Source: Chrysomallon squamiferum
Lineage: Eukaryota > Animalia > Mollusca
Direction: 5' to 3'
Length of the DNA stretch: 64,000 nucleotides
Assembly (NCBI GenBank): GCA_012295275.1
Contig: CM022667.1
Coordinates: forward strand, 17,050,001 to 17,114,000
Shown: piece by piece, positions 12,301 to 25,619 of the stretch
How the letters are laid out: each line of letters starts with the position of its first letter
Numbering within the stretch: position 1 is the first letter of the stretch
The notes under the pieces: model-generated
What the model was told of the DNA's origin: nothing
The model's input: only the letters and a program-made list of their open reading frames with translations
Databases searched by the model: none
Position numbers and translations under genes: made by a program

Positions 12301-15181
12301 TTTTGCAGGATGTTTTTCACTTTCAACTTAGACATGGGCCTAGTCTCATGTGGTATCACACCAAATTTCGTCCAAACACTGCCAATTTTTTAGAGACTGT
12401 ATCCAAGCTGTTTGAACTTCATATCTGTACATTTGGAAATCGGATGTATGCCCACACAATTGCCAGATTTCTTGACCCTGATGGACGATACTTCTCCCAT
12501 CGAATTCTCTCACGAGATGAATGCTTTGATGCAACTACAAAAACAGCAAATTTGAAGTATGTGTTACTTGTATTGATTGTATATAAACATAAAGTGTTAA
12601 AAGTAGTAATGGCCTAAAAAAAAGTCATAATGTTTGAAATACTTGAACAATTATAGTTGGAAAATTAAGTAAATTGAATAGCATGCAAAATTACTATAAG
12701 CATTATCATGGGAAAAGGTTTTGTTATTTAGTGAAATATTTATACTCAAATGTTTATTAAATAGTTAACCCTTAATATATAAGTAATAAAGTAAAAGTTT
12801 ATTAGTTTATGTAGGATGTTTGGTTGGTATTTTTGTTAGATCTGTTTATACATACAACTAAAGTGAACATATATTAAATTATAATTTGATGTCAGCTATT
12901 CATTATATATGAATATAAATGTATTAGTTAATTAGAATTTATTTCCTGTGATTCCTGCTACCATTTATTAAATTGCTAGACAAAGGGAACAACAAAAAGT
13001 CTTGGATGCCAAGTAGTAATAACATGAACACTAACTTCACAAATATTTTTCAGATCCCTTTTTCCCTGTGGTGACTCTATGGTGTGTATTATTGATGACC
13101 GTGAAGATGTCTGGGAAAACTGCCCAAATCTGATCCATGTGAAGCCATACAGATTCTTTCAGGGCACCGCTGACATCAACGCACCTCCCGGCCTCACCAA
13201 AATGGAAAATGACAATGTCCCCATATTCCACCATGTCCTACACTCACATCAGAGCAACACAGCCAATGGAACAGAAACAAAGAATTCAAAAACTGATCCA
13301 GGTCCAAAGAAAAGTCTTGATAAAGATCCAGAATGTTCAGTAGATGAAGTAAAGCAGCAGGATGTGATCAAATCAGAAAACAAAAACACAGTGTCTGATG
13401 CTACTACATTAGAGATGTCATTGAACAATAAGACTTCTGTAGGTGATACTGAAAATACAAATGAAAATGATATTGATAGAAAGACAGTGGATAATAAATT
13501 GTTACATTCAGAGAATGAAAGAAAAGAGATGGAAATGGAAACAGGGGAAGGAAAAATAACAGCAGCTGTTGAAGGAAGAGTGAATCAGATTTCTTCTGAA
13601 GTGGAAATTTTAAAACAAGGTGATGAGATGGAACAGGATGATGAAGAAACAGAAAGTAAATTTAAGTCAGAGAAGAAAGGTAAATATGCAGAGGAAACAA
13701 ATGAAAGCAAAGATAAAAAAAATACTGAAGAGCATCCAGAGATTAATAAAAGTGCTGATATGGACCAAAATGATGAAGAAACAAAGTTTAAACAGGATTT
13801 CGAAAAAGAAAAATGTTCAGTTATTGCTATTGAGTTAGATAAAGAAAATCAGATATGTGATGATATAAAAACAGAACAAGAGGAAGAAGCTGAAAAAGAA
13901 CTGGACAAGAAAAAAGAAACATACTCAGATAATCTTACAGAGACAAACGAAGATAAAGAAAAAAGTGGCAAAGAAGAAATTGAATGGGAAGATGAGGATG
14001 ATTATTTGTGGCATTTGGAAGAGATTCTCAAACGTATCCACAGGGCATATTACGAAATTTACGACCAGATGAAAACAAAGAGAAATCAAAGCACGCCTTT
14101 GCCCTGCATAAAGAATGTAATTCCTTACGTTAAGAGAAAAGTTTTGAAAGGTGTGAACATTGTATTCAGTGGGGTCGTTCCCCTACACAAAGACCCTGAA
14201 AAAACACGTATTTATCTTGTAGCGAAGTCACTCGGGGCCAACATTCTGATGTCACTTGTACCAAAAACCAAAAACAGTAAAGCAGACGCAACAACTCATC
14301 TGGTAGCTGCCAAACTGGGGACCATCAAAGTAAAACAGGCACAGAAAATGAAATCCGTGTTCATTGTTAATCCGGACTGGCTGTGGTGTTGTAATGAACG
14401 GTGGGAAAAAGTGGATGAAAGACTATTTCCTGTTGGAGAACCCATGGATGTAAATACAAAAACAAAAAAGGATAGGACATCAGTGGAGCAAAGGAAACGA
14501 AAAAAACCAGCAACTGACTGTGAGCAGAACTGCAAAAAGATAAAGAAATCGAAAATGGAACATTCCGACGATGTCATTGACATTGACGTCGATGATGACA
14601 ATTCTAAAGGTGGTGATGATGATGAGGATGACGATGATTATAAACAGGACGATGAAATGTCTAATGTTGATGAAAATGAATACCAGGAATCAAAATCAGA
14701 TCAAACAGCAGATGGTAAAACATCCGAAGAAAACGCTGCCTCGTTTGCAGAAACATACAACCCGTTGTTCGTTTTCTCTGATGCAGACATTGAGTTCATG
14801 GACAGAGAGGTCGAGGAAGGGATGACTGGAAGCGACAGCTCCGAAGACGAGGAAGAACGCAACGAGCGTGTCAGGAAGCGTGTCCTCGGCGACGTCTCTG
14901 ACACCAGCAGCGACGACAGTCTGGCGGGAGACTTTCCTCTTGGTTGGAAAGTGAAGAAGCCGCGATCCGAATCACCTTCTGGAGAGAGCGAGGAAGAGAG
15001 CAAAGAGAAGGACAATACGGGCTACGAATCAGAAAATGAAGTAATGTTAAAGTACGAGGGAATTGTCGAAGCTTTCGCGCCTCACAGATCAAGTGAATCG
15101 GAACGAAGTGAAGATACTATCGGAAGTGTGGACGACGAAATTGCTGACGCAGTGGAAAAAGAGTTCCTAGGAGCTTTGTAA
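9322..15181 (+). CDS. CTDP1: RNA polymerase II CTD phosphatase FCP1, 6 exons, ~973 aa
   Basis: Exons 9322-9542, 10896-10994, 11279-11378, 11606-11731, 12309-12556, 13054-15181; phases consistent, 2922 nt. N-terminal lipoyl-like segment, CSHPTIMKDMCAECGADL, HAD motif LVLLVDLDQTLIHT, FSHRILSRDECFD, LFPCGDSMVCIIDDREDVW, BRCT domain (VLKGVNIVFSG..THLVAAKLGTIKV..IVNPDWLWCCNERWEKVDERLF), acidic C-terminus ending IADAVEKEFLGAL. Confidence 0.96.
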
Positions 15182-15634
15182 TATCAGCTGTATAATTTGC
15201 TCATTTTATGTGCGTGTGTGTTTGTGTGCATTTTGAAGAATGTGAAAACGATCATGTATTAAAGGAAGTGACTTTTTATATGAAAATTAGACAAAGAATA
15301 TAACAAATGAAAGAAAAAAAAAACACGAACATACCAAAGAAAGAGTATGTTAATTTAAAACAATGAAGAAAACAGTTTTTAATTTTAGTTAATAACTCAT
15401 TTTGTTTGGTTCTTTTGTTTTGTGGACGATTGTTGTTTTGTTGTTTGTAGGTAACAACTTTGTATTTAAATTGAAGTTTACTGTCAAAATTCTCTTTAGA
15501 ATAATGATTACAGTAACTTTGCTGACAAAATGTGGTTGTGCATGTCGAGTAACAAATGAATCGTAGTGAAAGTTTTTTTGTCTCTTATTTTATAAAAAAT
15601 TTGGTTTGTTTTTCTTCATGGTCTGAGGAATGTG

Positions 15635-15870
15635 CAGCGCCGGGTTTAGGCGCAAGTTAAGCTTATAGCTTAGAGCGTTGTTTTCAGAAGGTCTATAATA
15701 GTTTCAATTCACTTGTTGTATATCCTTATTCACTGTTAACAGATACGAAAGAGACCCTCAGTATTTATCATAGGTGTGTCAAAATCAGGCTTTTTAAACA
15801 CTTTTCTATTCACATAAAAGACTCGCATAGCTTGTTGAAAAAGAAAAACTATAAATGGGGCGCGGCAGTT
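15635..15870 (+). mobile_element. Possible truncated hAT/Tip100-like MITE end
   Basis: GC-rich CAGCGCCGGGTTTAGGCGCAAG in AT-rich DNA resembles hAT-Tip100-type TIRs (CAGGGCCGG..TAGG); no matching right TIR found. Confidence 0.25.
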
Positions 15871-18379
15871 AATTTTTTGGAAGTTTAAAAAACACTTATG
15901 ACGCCTTTTATGCATGTATTAAAAATACGTTCTGTGCATTATAAACAAATACATATTTTTCGTAATATGTAGCATTGGGCTCTGGTCTCGTTCCTTCCAG
16001 TGACTTTAACTAGAACCCAAATTTCCAATAGTACTATTTTAATTTAAAAAATCAAAACATTTATGTTTGTCATTTAGTCATTTAAAACGTATATCAGTGT
16101 CAAGTATAATAATTTGATATAGTGATTCTGAAAATCAGTAAAGTTGTTTATTTGTGCTTCTCTAAGTGAAGATGTACATAAAAAATCCTTTGATCACTTC
16201 CTCCTCATCTACATGCAGCGGCATAGCTTGGGTTGCCAGACAATGGCGAATATTTCAAGCTGTGAATATCGCTCTCACACACACACACAGACTGATGTTT
16301 TTAAGAAAATACTGATATAATTAAAGGAAGATTTCTGCGTGTTGGATGATTGTGCTCTGTTTTATTACTACATTATATTTTTTCTTTATAGCGCTTCTAA
16401 TAATTTTGAGCCTGGCCACGACCGCACTATGCCATTTTCTAATTATCTAATAATGTTGTATAATGAAAGTATGTCGAGTGTTTTAAATAAAACATATCTT
16501 TATCCTTTTCGATATAATAAATATGAATGAAATATCAAAATGGTATTAACAAAACGTACTGTAGACAGTATCTGATTTAAAACAATAAGCTAAATTTGTA
16601 GTTTTTTGCCATAGTTATGTTAGGAATATTCTAAATAATTGTATTGTACTTCAAAAATGGTTTTAATTTTTTAATAATGATACAGATTAGTATAAAAACA
16701 TTAATGATGATATAGGTTAATATAAAAACAAAGACTATCATGTGATATGTAAATTGATATATTAATAATATATAGATAATGCTTTACGATAAAGTTATCT
16801 TTTAAGAGAGAGTAACACAAGCTAGTAAACTTTTAATGTCAATGAACTAGTTAAAACCTATGAGAATTCTCTAATGAGGCTATTCTCGAGCCTGTTGAAT
16901 GATGAATTTAAAATAGTCGACAACTTGAGAATGTGTTTTTTTGTTATCTAGGTCATATCTGACGTAAAAGAGTACTTCTTCACGCATTATTTTATTATAC
17001 TGATTCAACTGATATTACTAATGAAAAACAATATTTTGATGTGTGAAAACAATGAAGTAATCATTATGACTGATGCGTCTGAGTAATTGGCTCGTTATTT
17101 CAACTCTGTTACATCGTCTTTAACCGTAGAAAGCTCACTGGCTGAACACGGTGAAAAAATCTGAAATCTTACACTGTCGTTTCTTCATTTGTCTAGGTAT
17201 GGCGATGCAGCATAACAAAACACGCCCTCGCATAGCATGAAATATCACTGTGACCCTTCAGCAGAATACTAACAAGAACACTTCCATTGCCTGCCTGCTT
17301 TCCTAAACTCACTCGGAAAGAATATACCTGTAACGAAATGAAACCTTCTCATTCATATCCCACATGCTAACAGAACTGATACAGTTATTCAAGTATATAT
17401 GGAAGTACTTTTTTCAGTTATTATTGCACCATCTATTTATACGACAACAGTATCGTGTTATATTGCATCAAAATGTGGACGTACCAATTATAGTAACCAA
17501 AATCATAATTTTATTATAGGCTAATAATAATAATAAGAGTTTATTCACTCGAATGGTGAAAAATATGGTTAAAAATGACAAGTAAATAATTTCTTCCTTC
17601 AGTACAATTAAAGACCAAACATTTTTGAATGCATAGAAACTATTTGTTTATTTATTTATCGTTACAATTATTATTATTATCATTTCCATAAACATCATCA
17701 TCATCATTATTACTGAGAGAGAGAGACCCGTAGCTTTTATTTTGGTCACAGTAATTCTTGCTTCTCTGTTGATTACACATGTGTGCATGCAGGCAGGCAC
17801 GCCTTTACATCTTTGACTATCTTACAAGTTGTTAACGAGTAGCAGACGATGGAATCGGCTATAGATATATTCTTAGCCTGAGTAAACTTAAACTATTACC
17901 AAGTTTCATGGATCCTTCAGGCAAAATTGTCAGAAGCTTTGCACTCGTAATGCCAGGCTGGAATACTGAAGTACAGTTAACCTTGACAACCCCTGGAAGA
18001 GAAATCTGAGGTAGTGTGCCAGATGTGAGCCAGTAGGAAATGACGGATTTTGTTTTACGCTTCTGAAACTGGCATTTTGTCTTCTGAAGATTACCATTCC
18101 CAGAAACTAAGGTAATCATTTACAAAACTTGAGTTAATGCTGAGTTAAATTTACTTTTTAGAAATGATTCTAATATTATATTCGTATGGCACTTCATCTT
18201 AGTTCTTTATAATGTGGTAAAATAACAGCGTGCCAGTACGAGAGAGAGCGCACGTGTCAGATCAAAATGTCATTTTGTCGATAGAACATTTTTCTACAAT
18301 TACAGTGAGATGATAACAGCACAAGACGAAGAAGTAAATAGTTATTCTGATTAAAATGTATTGTAGATTAAATCATGAT

Positions 18380-18380
<1 letters not shown>

Positions 18381-18438
<58 letters not shown>
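18381..18438. repeat. (AG)n microsatellite
   Basis: Seen directly. Confidence 0.95.
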
Positions 18439-18441
<3 letters not shown>

Positions 18442-18773
18442 CATAATTAAAATTAGTTATACAAAAGCAATTTGAAAATAAATACACGAAACGATATTCA
18501 TGTAAAAATCGGTGTTAAAGACGAATAAAATGCATTTTGAGATTATTTCTTCAAACGACCTAAAATTACTCGAATTATTATTTTCATCTTGTTATCAACT
18601 TTTGTTACTAATAAAATGTCATACACCCGTGCGCACACACCCATACCCACCCACGCTTGGAAACAATTAAAATTCACTAAATATAATATATCTGAAACTG
18701 ATAGACGCTACAGAGGATAAAAATAAAAACCTCACTTTATAGAGTCGATTAGAGCAGAAAATGTAACGGTTAC

Positions 18774-18775
<2 letters not shown>

Positions 18776-18866
<91 letters not shown>
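18776..18866. repeat. (TC)n(AC)n compound microsatellite
   Basis: Seen directly. Confidence 0.95.
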
Positions 18867-19110
18867 GACTAAATATATAAAAGATTTACGCGAATAATAA
18901 AAAGAAATTATATTTAAAAATAATAGTGATGACAATAATGATCATTTATACACATATTTTATTTTTTATTTTTTATTTTATTTCATCTTATTCTATTTTA
19001 TTTTTATTTAGTTATGCATAATTTGCTGACGTCTTCTAAAATTTGCCCAAAGCCTGTTGTTTAAGTTAATTTTGTTGTTTTGATTTATGACTCATTCAGC
19101 CACGTTCAGT

Positions 19111-21477
19111 ATGACTGACCAAGATAAGGATAAAACATTGGACTCGTCAAAAGCGGACGAAGCTTTAGACAAAGAGGATTATCAAACAGCCGTCACAGAA
19201 TACAGCAGACTTATTTCCGACGGACACACGGACGCCCAGTTGCTCCTCAAACGTTCCAAAAGTTATTTTGGTTTAGGCGACTACGAAAGAGCATACAATG
19301 ACGCCGTTGAAGCGTACGATCTTGACAGCAGCGACGTAAACATCTGCATTGCTGGAGGAAGAGCTGCATCAAAACTGGATCGTTTCCATGACTCGTTCCG
19401 GTTCTACCAGATCGGAATGAAGCTGGACAAACAAAGCAAGATTATAACCGAGGATCTCAAGCAGCTGCAGAAACTAATTATGAAGGAATACGAAAGCAAA
19501 TTCGAGAATTCCATAGAACCAACATACAGCGCAGTAAAGTTCTGTACCTTGGAAGTATATCCAGGAGATGACGAACTCTTTAAACTGGAAAAAGAAATCC
19601 TGGCAAAAAAATACGGCGTTACCGATCCTGTTCCAGCTGGTTCTGGAGTGACAGCACAGCGCGAGGAGGCGAAGAAACACTTCGAATCCGCGTTACGATA
19701 CAAAATTGGCGGCAACTTCAGCGCCTGCTTGGAAGAATGCAGCAGGGCAATCATGCTCGATCCATCGGTGTTTCTGTATAAACAGCTCAGAGGCAGAATG
19801 TACATGGAAAAAGGAGACCACTTACAAGCTCTTGCCGACCTTTATGCTATTCCAAAACAAGCTAGGACAATAGATGTATGGAAATACGGAGGTAATTTTG
19901 TTATTTTCATCATGATCCTGTTGTTGTTGTTGTTATTATTATTATTATTTGTTGTTGTTCTTGTTGAGCTGCTGTTGCTGTTTTATAATAATAATGAAGT
20001 TGTAGTACCTGGTACCATCCAGTTCATCGATGTTCATGTTTAACCAAGTTTATCTTCTGATTTTAAAATATGTATTGGAAAATTTAAAATATATTTTGTG
20101 AGTAATCAATACATTCAGTTAAGAGAAAAGGAAAGGAAAAGAAAAACAAATGTACAATGCCGACAGATTCTGCCGCTTCATTTAATATCAAACTAAAATA
20201 GAACTATAAGAACAGAATAAGGGGAAAATATCTTCCTCTGTAGCTGTTTATAGCTGACTTGTATTTTTATGTTATTTTTTTATGCTAGCAAAGATAAATC
20301 GATATATTAAATTACTAATATATATGCATACTACACATGTGTACACATTACAATCTTATATATACTTATTTTTGATTTTCTTGAAAGAATCCTTTCTGAC
20401 TTGACGATTACTACAATACTTTCTAAATATATATTATTTATCTTCCAGGCAAAATATTTGAGAGTCTTAACTTGCCGGTGCTGGCGGAGTTCTGGTATCG
20501 CAAAGCCGCACAGTTAAGTAAGCCTGATGACGACGATGCAGCGTTTGCTTTTCAACGAGTTCGCGTTCACAGACTCTACGATCCTCTAACTGCAGAATTT
20601 CCCGTTGAAGTTGATTTCAGACAGTTTGGTAGAGCTATATTCGCAACTGAAGATATTCGGAAATCGGAAATGTGTTTCACCGACATCGCTGCCGTTGTTT
20701 CTGAGACATTCGTCAAGCGAGACGTCAAGGTGAAAGGATGTCATCACTGTGTCATGTCCATGCTGACGATGGAACAGTACTTCGGAGACGACTTAAATGA
20801 AATGGACGAAGGTCTGAAAACTTTCATTAAGGATAACTGGCCGAATGTTGATCCAGTGCCTTGCAAAAGATGCAACCGAGAAATATACTGCAGCGAAGGC
20901 TGTCGTGATGAGGCGTGGGAGAATTATCACCAGATTATCTGCCCTTCGTTAGACTCTGACAGATGTAAACTGTATGACATCTGCGATACCCAGGGATGGT
21001 ATAAAGACAGCGACGGGGACTGGATAGAACCGTGGGACGGCCACTACAGTCCGCTGGTTTTGGCGCAGATATGGGCATCCATCGTCGTACAGGTTAAAAA
21101 GATGATGAAAGAGAACAAATTATCTTCGCCAACAACTGACATATGGGCCAAAGCAAAGGCACCGTTCAGAAGGTACAGCATTTAAATCTGTTCTTAAAAA
21201 GACGAACTTAGAGAGTCAAATTCTAAGGGATCAATGCCGTTTTATTTTCTCTGTTATTTCCAAGCAACTAAATGCCTGTAATTGTTGTTGTGGTGGTGGT
21301 AGTTAGGATAATGGAATGGTAATAGTAGAAACAGAAGATGTAGAAATATTATTAAAGAAGTAATTATTCAAATAGCAATATGGACAGATAATAACAATGT
21401 AAATAGTTTGCATCTTTCATTTTGAAATCATATATTTAGCAAAAATGTGTACATATATAATCACACACAGAGACTTA

Positions 21478-21552
<75 letters not shown>

Positions 21553-22340
21553 CAAGAATTAATTATTCATTACATTTGACTGTGTAATTATATTTATATA
21601 ATTTATTACTGGTTCATTTTGTATTCTTCAGGTTCATTGCATACGGCAGTCAAGACGCTGCAAAAAGAATGTCTTCTATGGTGGACCTGTTGAAAAAGAT
21701 TTTTTCCGACTGCGGCGACGGGGTTGCCTATGAAATCACTAACGCAGAATTCAACGGCAGATATTACCAAGCCACGTGCAACTTGCAGTCGTTCGGCTCG
21801 TACCTTACTCCGTATCACGAGTTTGTAAACAAGCTTCCAGAAACTGACGATTTAAGAGTTTTTCAGCTTTTAAAATACCTCAACAAACGCCCGCCAGACG
21901 CCCCTTTCGCTGGTTTATTCCCTTTACAGTGCTGTCTGAATCACTCCTGCGACAACAACGTCGAGGTGAGCGACGGTAAAGGGCCTAACGGTCTCCCTGG
22001 AGTGCAGGTGAAGGCCAGACGAGACATTAAGAAAGGGGAAGAGCTGCTCACTACGTACATCGACACTACCATGCCGAGACGACTGAGGCGCGCGTGGCTG
22101 TACAAATCTTTTAATTTCTGGTGCCAGTGTAGACGTTGTCAATTCGAAGGAGACGATTCGTCGACGTGCACGTGTTGTGGTGCAAAAGCAGACGAAGGGA
22201 AGAAGTTTCCCGGGTGTGGGAAGTGTCACAGAGCGTGGTATTGCTCTGTGACGTGTCAGAAGAAAGCGTGGAAACAAGGTCACAAAGCCATCTGTACCCT
22301 GTCTCATTCTGAAACACTGCCAAATAAACTGGTGACATAG
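19111..22340 (+). CDS. SMYD-family SET/MYND lysine methyltransferase with N-terminal TPRs and an extra C-terminal MYND finger, 3 coding exons, ~737 aa
   Basis: Exons 19111-19891 (alternative ATG at 19087), 20449-21172, 21632-22340; phases 1 and 2 consistent. TPR repeats (ADEALDKEDYQTAVTEYSRLI, RSKSYFGLGDYERAYNDAVEA, GNFSACLEECSRAIMLDPS); SET-N FGRAIFATEDIRKSE; inserted MYND CHHC..CKRC..YCSEGC..HQIIC; SET-C LNHSCDNN..ARRDIKKGEELLTTYID; post-SET CQCRRC; second MYND CTCC..CGKC..YCSVTCQKKAWKQGHKAIC. Confidence 0.9.
21481..21548. repeat. (CT)n microsatellite
   Basis: Seen directly. Confidence 0.95.
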
Positions 22341-23493
22341 AACATTTTAAATTTCAATAACACACATACGCACACAGAGCCATGTCATTTTGGTTTTGGT
22401 TTCTGAAGTTTCTTTCTTTAATATCCTTTCATTTTGTTTGTTTGCGGTTTGTATTTGTTTGTTTGTTTGTTTTTGTTTTCTATCATCTTTTGTTTCAGCT
22501 GATTCCTTCTTTTTCTCTTTTCTTTTCTTTTCTTTTTCTTTTTCTTTGATTTTGTTTTTGTTCGGTTTTGCTTTTTTTTTCTTTTTCTTCATTTCTGAGT
22601 GCAGATAAAACACAGATTAATTTTATTTTAAATTTAATTAGCGTTGATGATTATAAATTTTGTTTTGATTTTTGATATACCGCGTGCTAAAGGACTGTTT
22701 ACTTCCACTGTGGCTCAAAACAAGCAGTCTACTGATTTTGAACACTACTCTACACCATTTCACTTAATAAACAATTTCCAAGCATTCCTTATCTTGTTAT
22801 TTTTTATTTTTAACTTAATGAGCAGCATCAGAACCAGATCTAGAATTATATTCTAATATCATTTTCACCAAGCAGGCATAATTTTTATTATTATTATTTT
22901 ATATTTTTATCTTCTATTTGATGTCGGCAAAAGTTAGCTTCTGCTCGGAAGACATACTATTTAATGTATCTTCGTTATGCTATAACAGTAAATCAATATG
23001 CCCTAACATTTTAAAAACGGATTTCTTCAATAATATTACGTGAACATAATAAACATAAAATAATAATATAAATAAAATAATAAGAGACTAAATCATGGAC
23101 CTTTTTTCCGAAGTGAAACTACTTAATCCAATATCGACAGAGATTGCTTTACCATTGAAAAATATCCCAACATGTTGCTCTTGAAAATTAAACAGAAAAT
23201 CACAGTAACACGTATAATGATGATTACAAGAAAAATAAGACGAATGTCTAGTAGATCATTCAAAACGTGGTAAACTTCCATACAGTTGAATGTCATTGCC
23301 AAACTTATTCATAATTCGCCCCCCCCGAATCTATTTAAGTTAACTTATTTAATATGTTTTGTTTCTTTTGTTAATAATAATTATTCTTGTTGTTGTTGCT
23401 GCTGTTGTTATTATTTAAAAAAATATGAATAAATATATAAAAAACAAAGAAAGTAAATCCTTGAGTTTACGAATTATCTGGTTACGAGCACTC

Positions 23494-23990
23494 AACTGCT
23501 GTAGATGCAGTATAAAACTGTTTACTATTATCTGTTTCTTATTTATAAGTGCTATAGATGCAGTATAAAACTATTTACTATTGTCTGTTTCTTATTTGTA
23601 ATTACTGCAGATGCAGTATAAAACTGCTTATTATTAACTTTTTCTTATTTATAATTGCTGTAGATGCAATGTAAAACTGTTTACTATTTACTTTATTTAT
23701 AACTGCTGTAGATGCAATATTAAACTGTTTACTGTTTTTTATTTATAACTGCTGTAGATGCAGTATAAAATTTCTTACTATTAAATGTTTCTTATTTATA
23801 ACTGCTGTAGGTGCAGTATTAAACTTTTACTATTAACTGTTCCTTATTTATAATTGCTGTAGATGCTGTGTAAAACTGTCTACTATTTACTTTATTTATA
23901 ACTGCTGTAGATGCAGTATAAAACTGTTTACTATTAACTGTTTATTTATAACTACTGCACGCAGTATAAAATTATTTACTGTTTATCTCT
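23494..23990. repeat. Minisatellite, ~46-53 bp unit, ~10 copies
   Basis: Repeated AACTGCTGTAGATGCAGTATAAAACTGTTTACTATT..TTATTTAT. Confidence 0.9.
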
Positions 23991-24495
23991 GATTTATTAC
24001 TGTAATAACGATGATTAAGATAAATAAACATATCAAAAATGTGTATGCAGCATAAATAAACAAAATAAACAGTAAATTATTAAAAATAATTATTTCGAGA
24101 TCGTGCTCAAGAATTAATTATTCGAGTTAACGATGGTTTGACTTTGCATGATTATTAACAAAGAATCTAAAAATCAGAATGTTATAAAAATAATTTTATT
24201 TGTTTTCATATGTGACTGCAGGATGATGGAAAGGTGTGGTCTGACTGTTACAGCGATGACGTCGACCTGACGTCACACTACACCAAAACGCGCAATTCCT
24301 GTCGACCAGACAGGTGTCAATAATATTGGGATTTTCTAAAGTCTGATTTAACATGTGATTTTCTCTCCTTTAGACTGATTTAGAATTCGATATCATAGAC
24401 ATTCACTTATTTATCAACACAATAAAAAAGACATTCTACGGCAGCATTTTCTTACGACATAGATCGGCAGGCATTTATTGACTCATCCTTTTATG

Positions 24496-25619
24496 CAGTG
24501 GCTCTCAAACCTTTTGAAGTCGGGGCACACTTGAAGCCTTACACAAAATTGCGGGCAAACTATACACAAAATGCTAAGAAGTATAATGCAAAATGTAAAA
24601 AAATACAGAAATAACTGAAAGAAGGATATTGCAGCTGAATCGGCTGTCTATCCTCATTGTCTACATCAACGTCAGATTCTTCATCATTTCGCAAAACAGT
24701 TCTCGTCTGGAATGTGTACCGTTTGTTTTTTCTTCTGTGAGAGATGTTCACTGATATATTTATAGTTACAGCCCTTGTGCGAGAGATGTTCACTGATATA
24801 TATTCTGAGTTACCACCCTTGTGTGAGAGATGTTCACTGATATATTTAGTTACCACCCTTGTGTGAAAGATGTTCAGATAGATTTAGTTACCGCCCTTGT
24901 GTGAGATGTTCACTGTTATATTTAGAGTTACCCCCCTTGAGTGAGAGATGTTCACTGATATATTTAGTTACTGCCCTTGTGTGAGAGATGTTCATTAATA
25001 TATTTAGGATTAAAACCTTTGTGTGAGAACTGTTTACTGACATATTTAGAGTTACCGCCTTTGTGTGAGAGATTTCACTGATATATTTAGAGTTACCGCC
25101 CTTGTGTGAGTATATACCTTTATTCATCATCTATTTTGTGCTGATGAGAAGTATGAGCCTGACGTGTCTTGGCAATTTCTTCAAAAATATTGTAATATAA
25201 AATACAAAGCAATGGAGTTAAGATGTCAAAAAAAGTACAAAGGCTTTATTTTTAATGGTGTGCATTGTGCAGTGAGGGAAAACTTTTATCAATCGTTTGT
25301 TTTTAACAAATGTAACCCTATAATAGGCTAAAATTCCATAAAATATTAAAGTTTTAGATGGGTAATGACTGTGACAGTGATAGGAATATGTGTCACAAGA
25401 AAACTTTGGCTATTTATCACTTATTACTTATACTGTCACTGGAAAACTAATGTGCAACCTTGAGCAGCTGCACTTGCCCTCAGCCAAAATTCGTTGTAAA
25501 CTCGTGTATAAAATCTTTTTCTGGCAACTGGTTATTTCTTAACTTAATCAATTTTTTATCATCACAAATATCTACCTAGATTCTAGAATTTCGTGGGGCA
25601 CACCCTTTGAGAACCATTG
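24496..25619. mobile_element. Non-autonomous hAT (Charlie-like) DNA transposon, ~1124 bp
   Basis: Left end CAGTGGCTCTCAAA; right end TTTGAGAACCATTG (reverse complement CAATGGTTCTCAAA). 8-bp flanks CTTTTATG (24488-24495) and CTTTTATA (25620-25627), a 7/8 TSD. Subterminal GGGGCACAC at both ends. No transposase ORF. Confidence 0.8.
24736..25110. repeat. Minisatellite, ~40-42 bp unit, ~9 copies, inside the hAT element
   Basis: Repeated GTGTGAGAGATGTTCACTGATATATTTAGAGTTACCGCCCTT. Confidence 0.9.

Noticed and set aside
14296-15092. Antisense and alternative-frame ORFs over CTDP1 (likewise 19404-19805, 21924-22338, 26907-27242)
   Set aside because: Shadows of real coding exons.
23494-25110. Regularly spaced repeats that could suggest CRISPR arrays
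   Set aside because: The whole unit repeats with no unique spacers, the context is eukaryotic and there are no cas genes; these are minisatellites.
24560-25130. ORFs within the hAT element as a transposase
   Set aside because: Derived mainly from the tandem repeat; no BED, DDE or dimerisation motifs.
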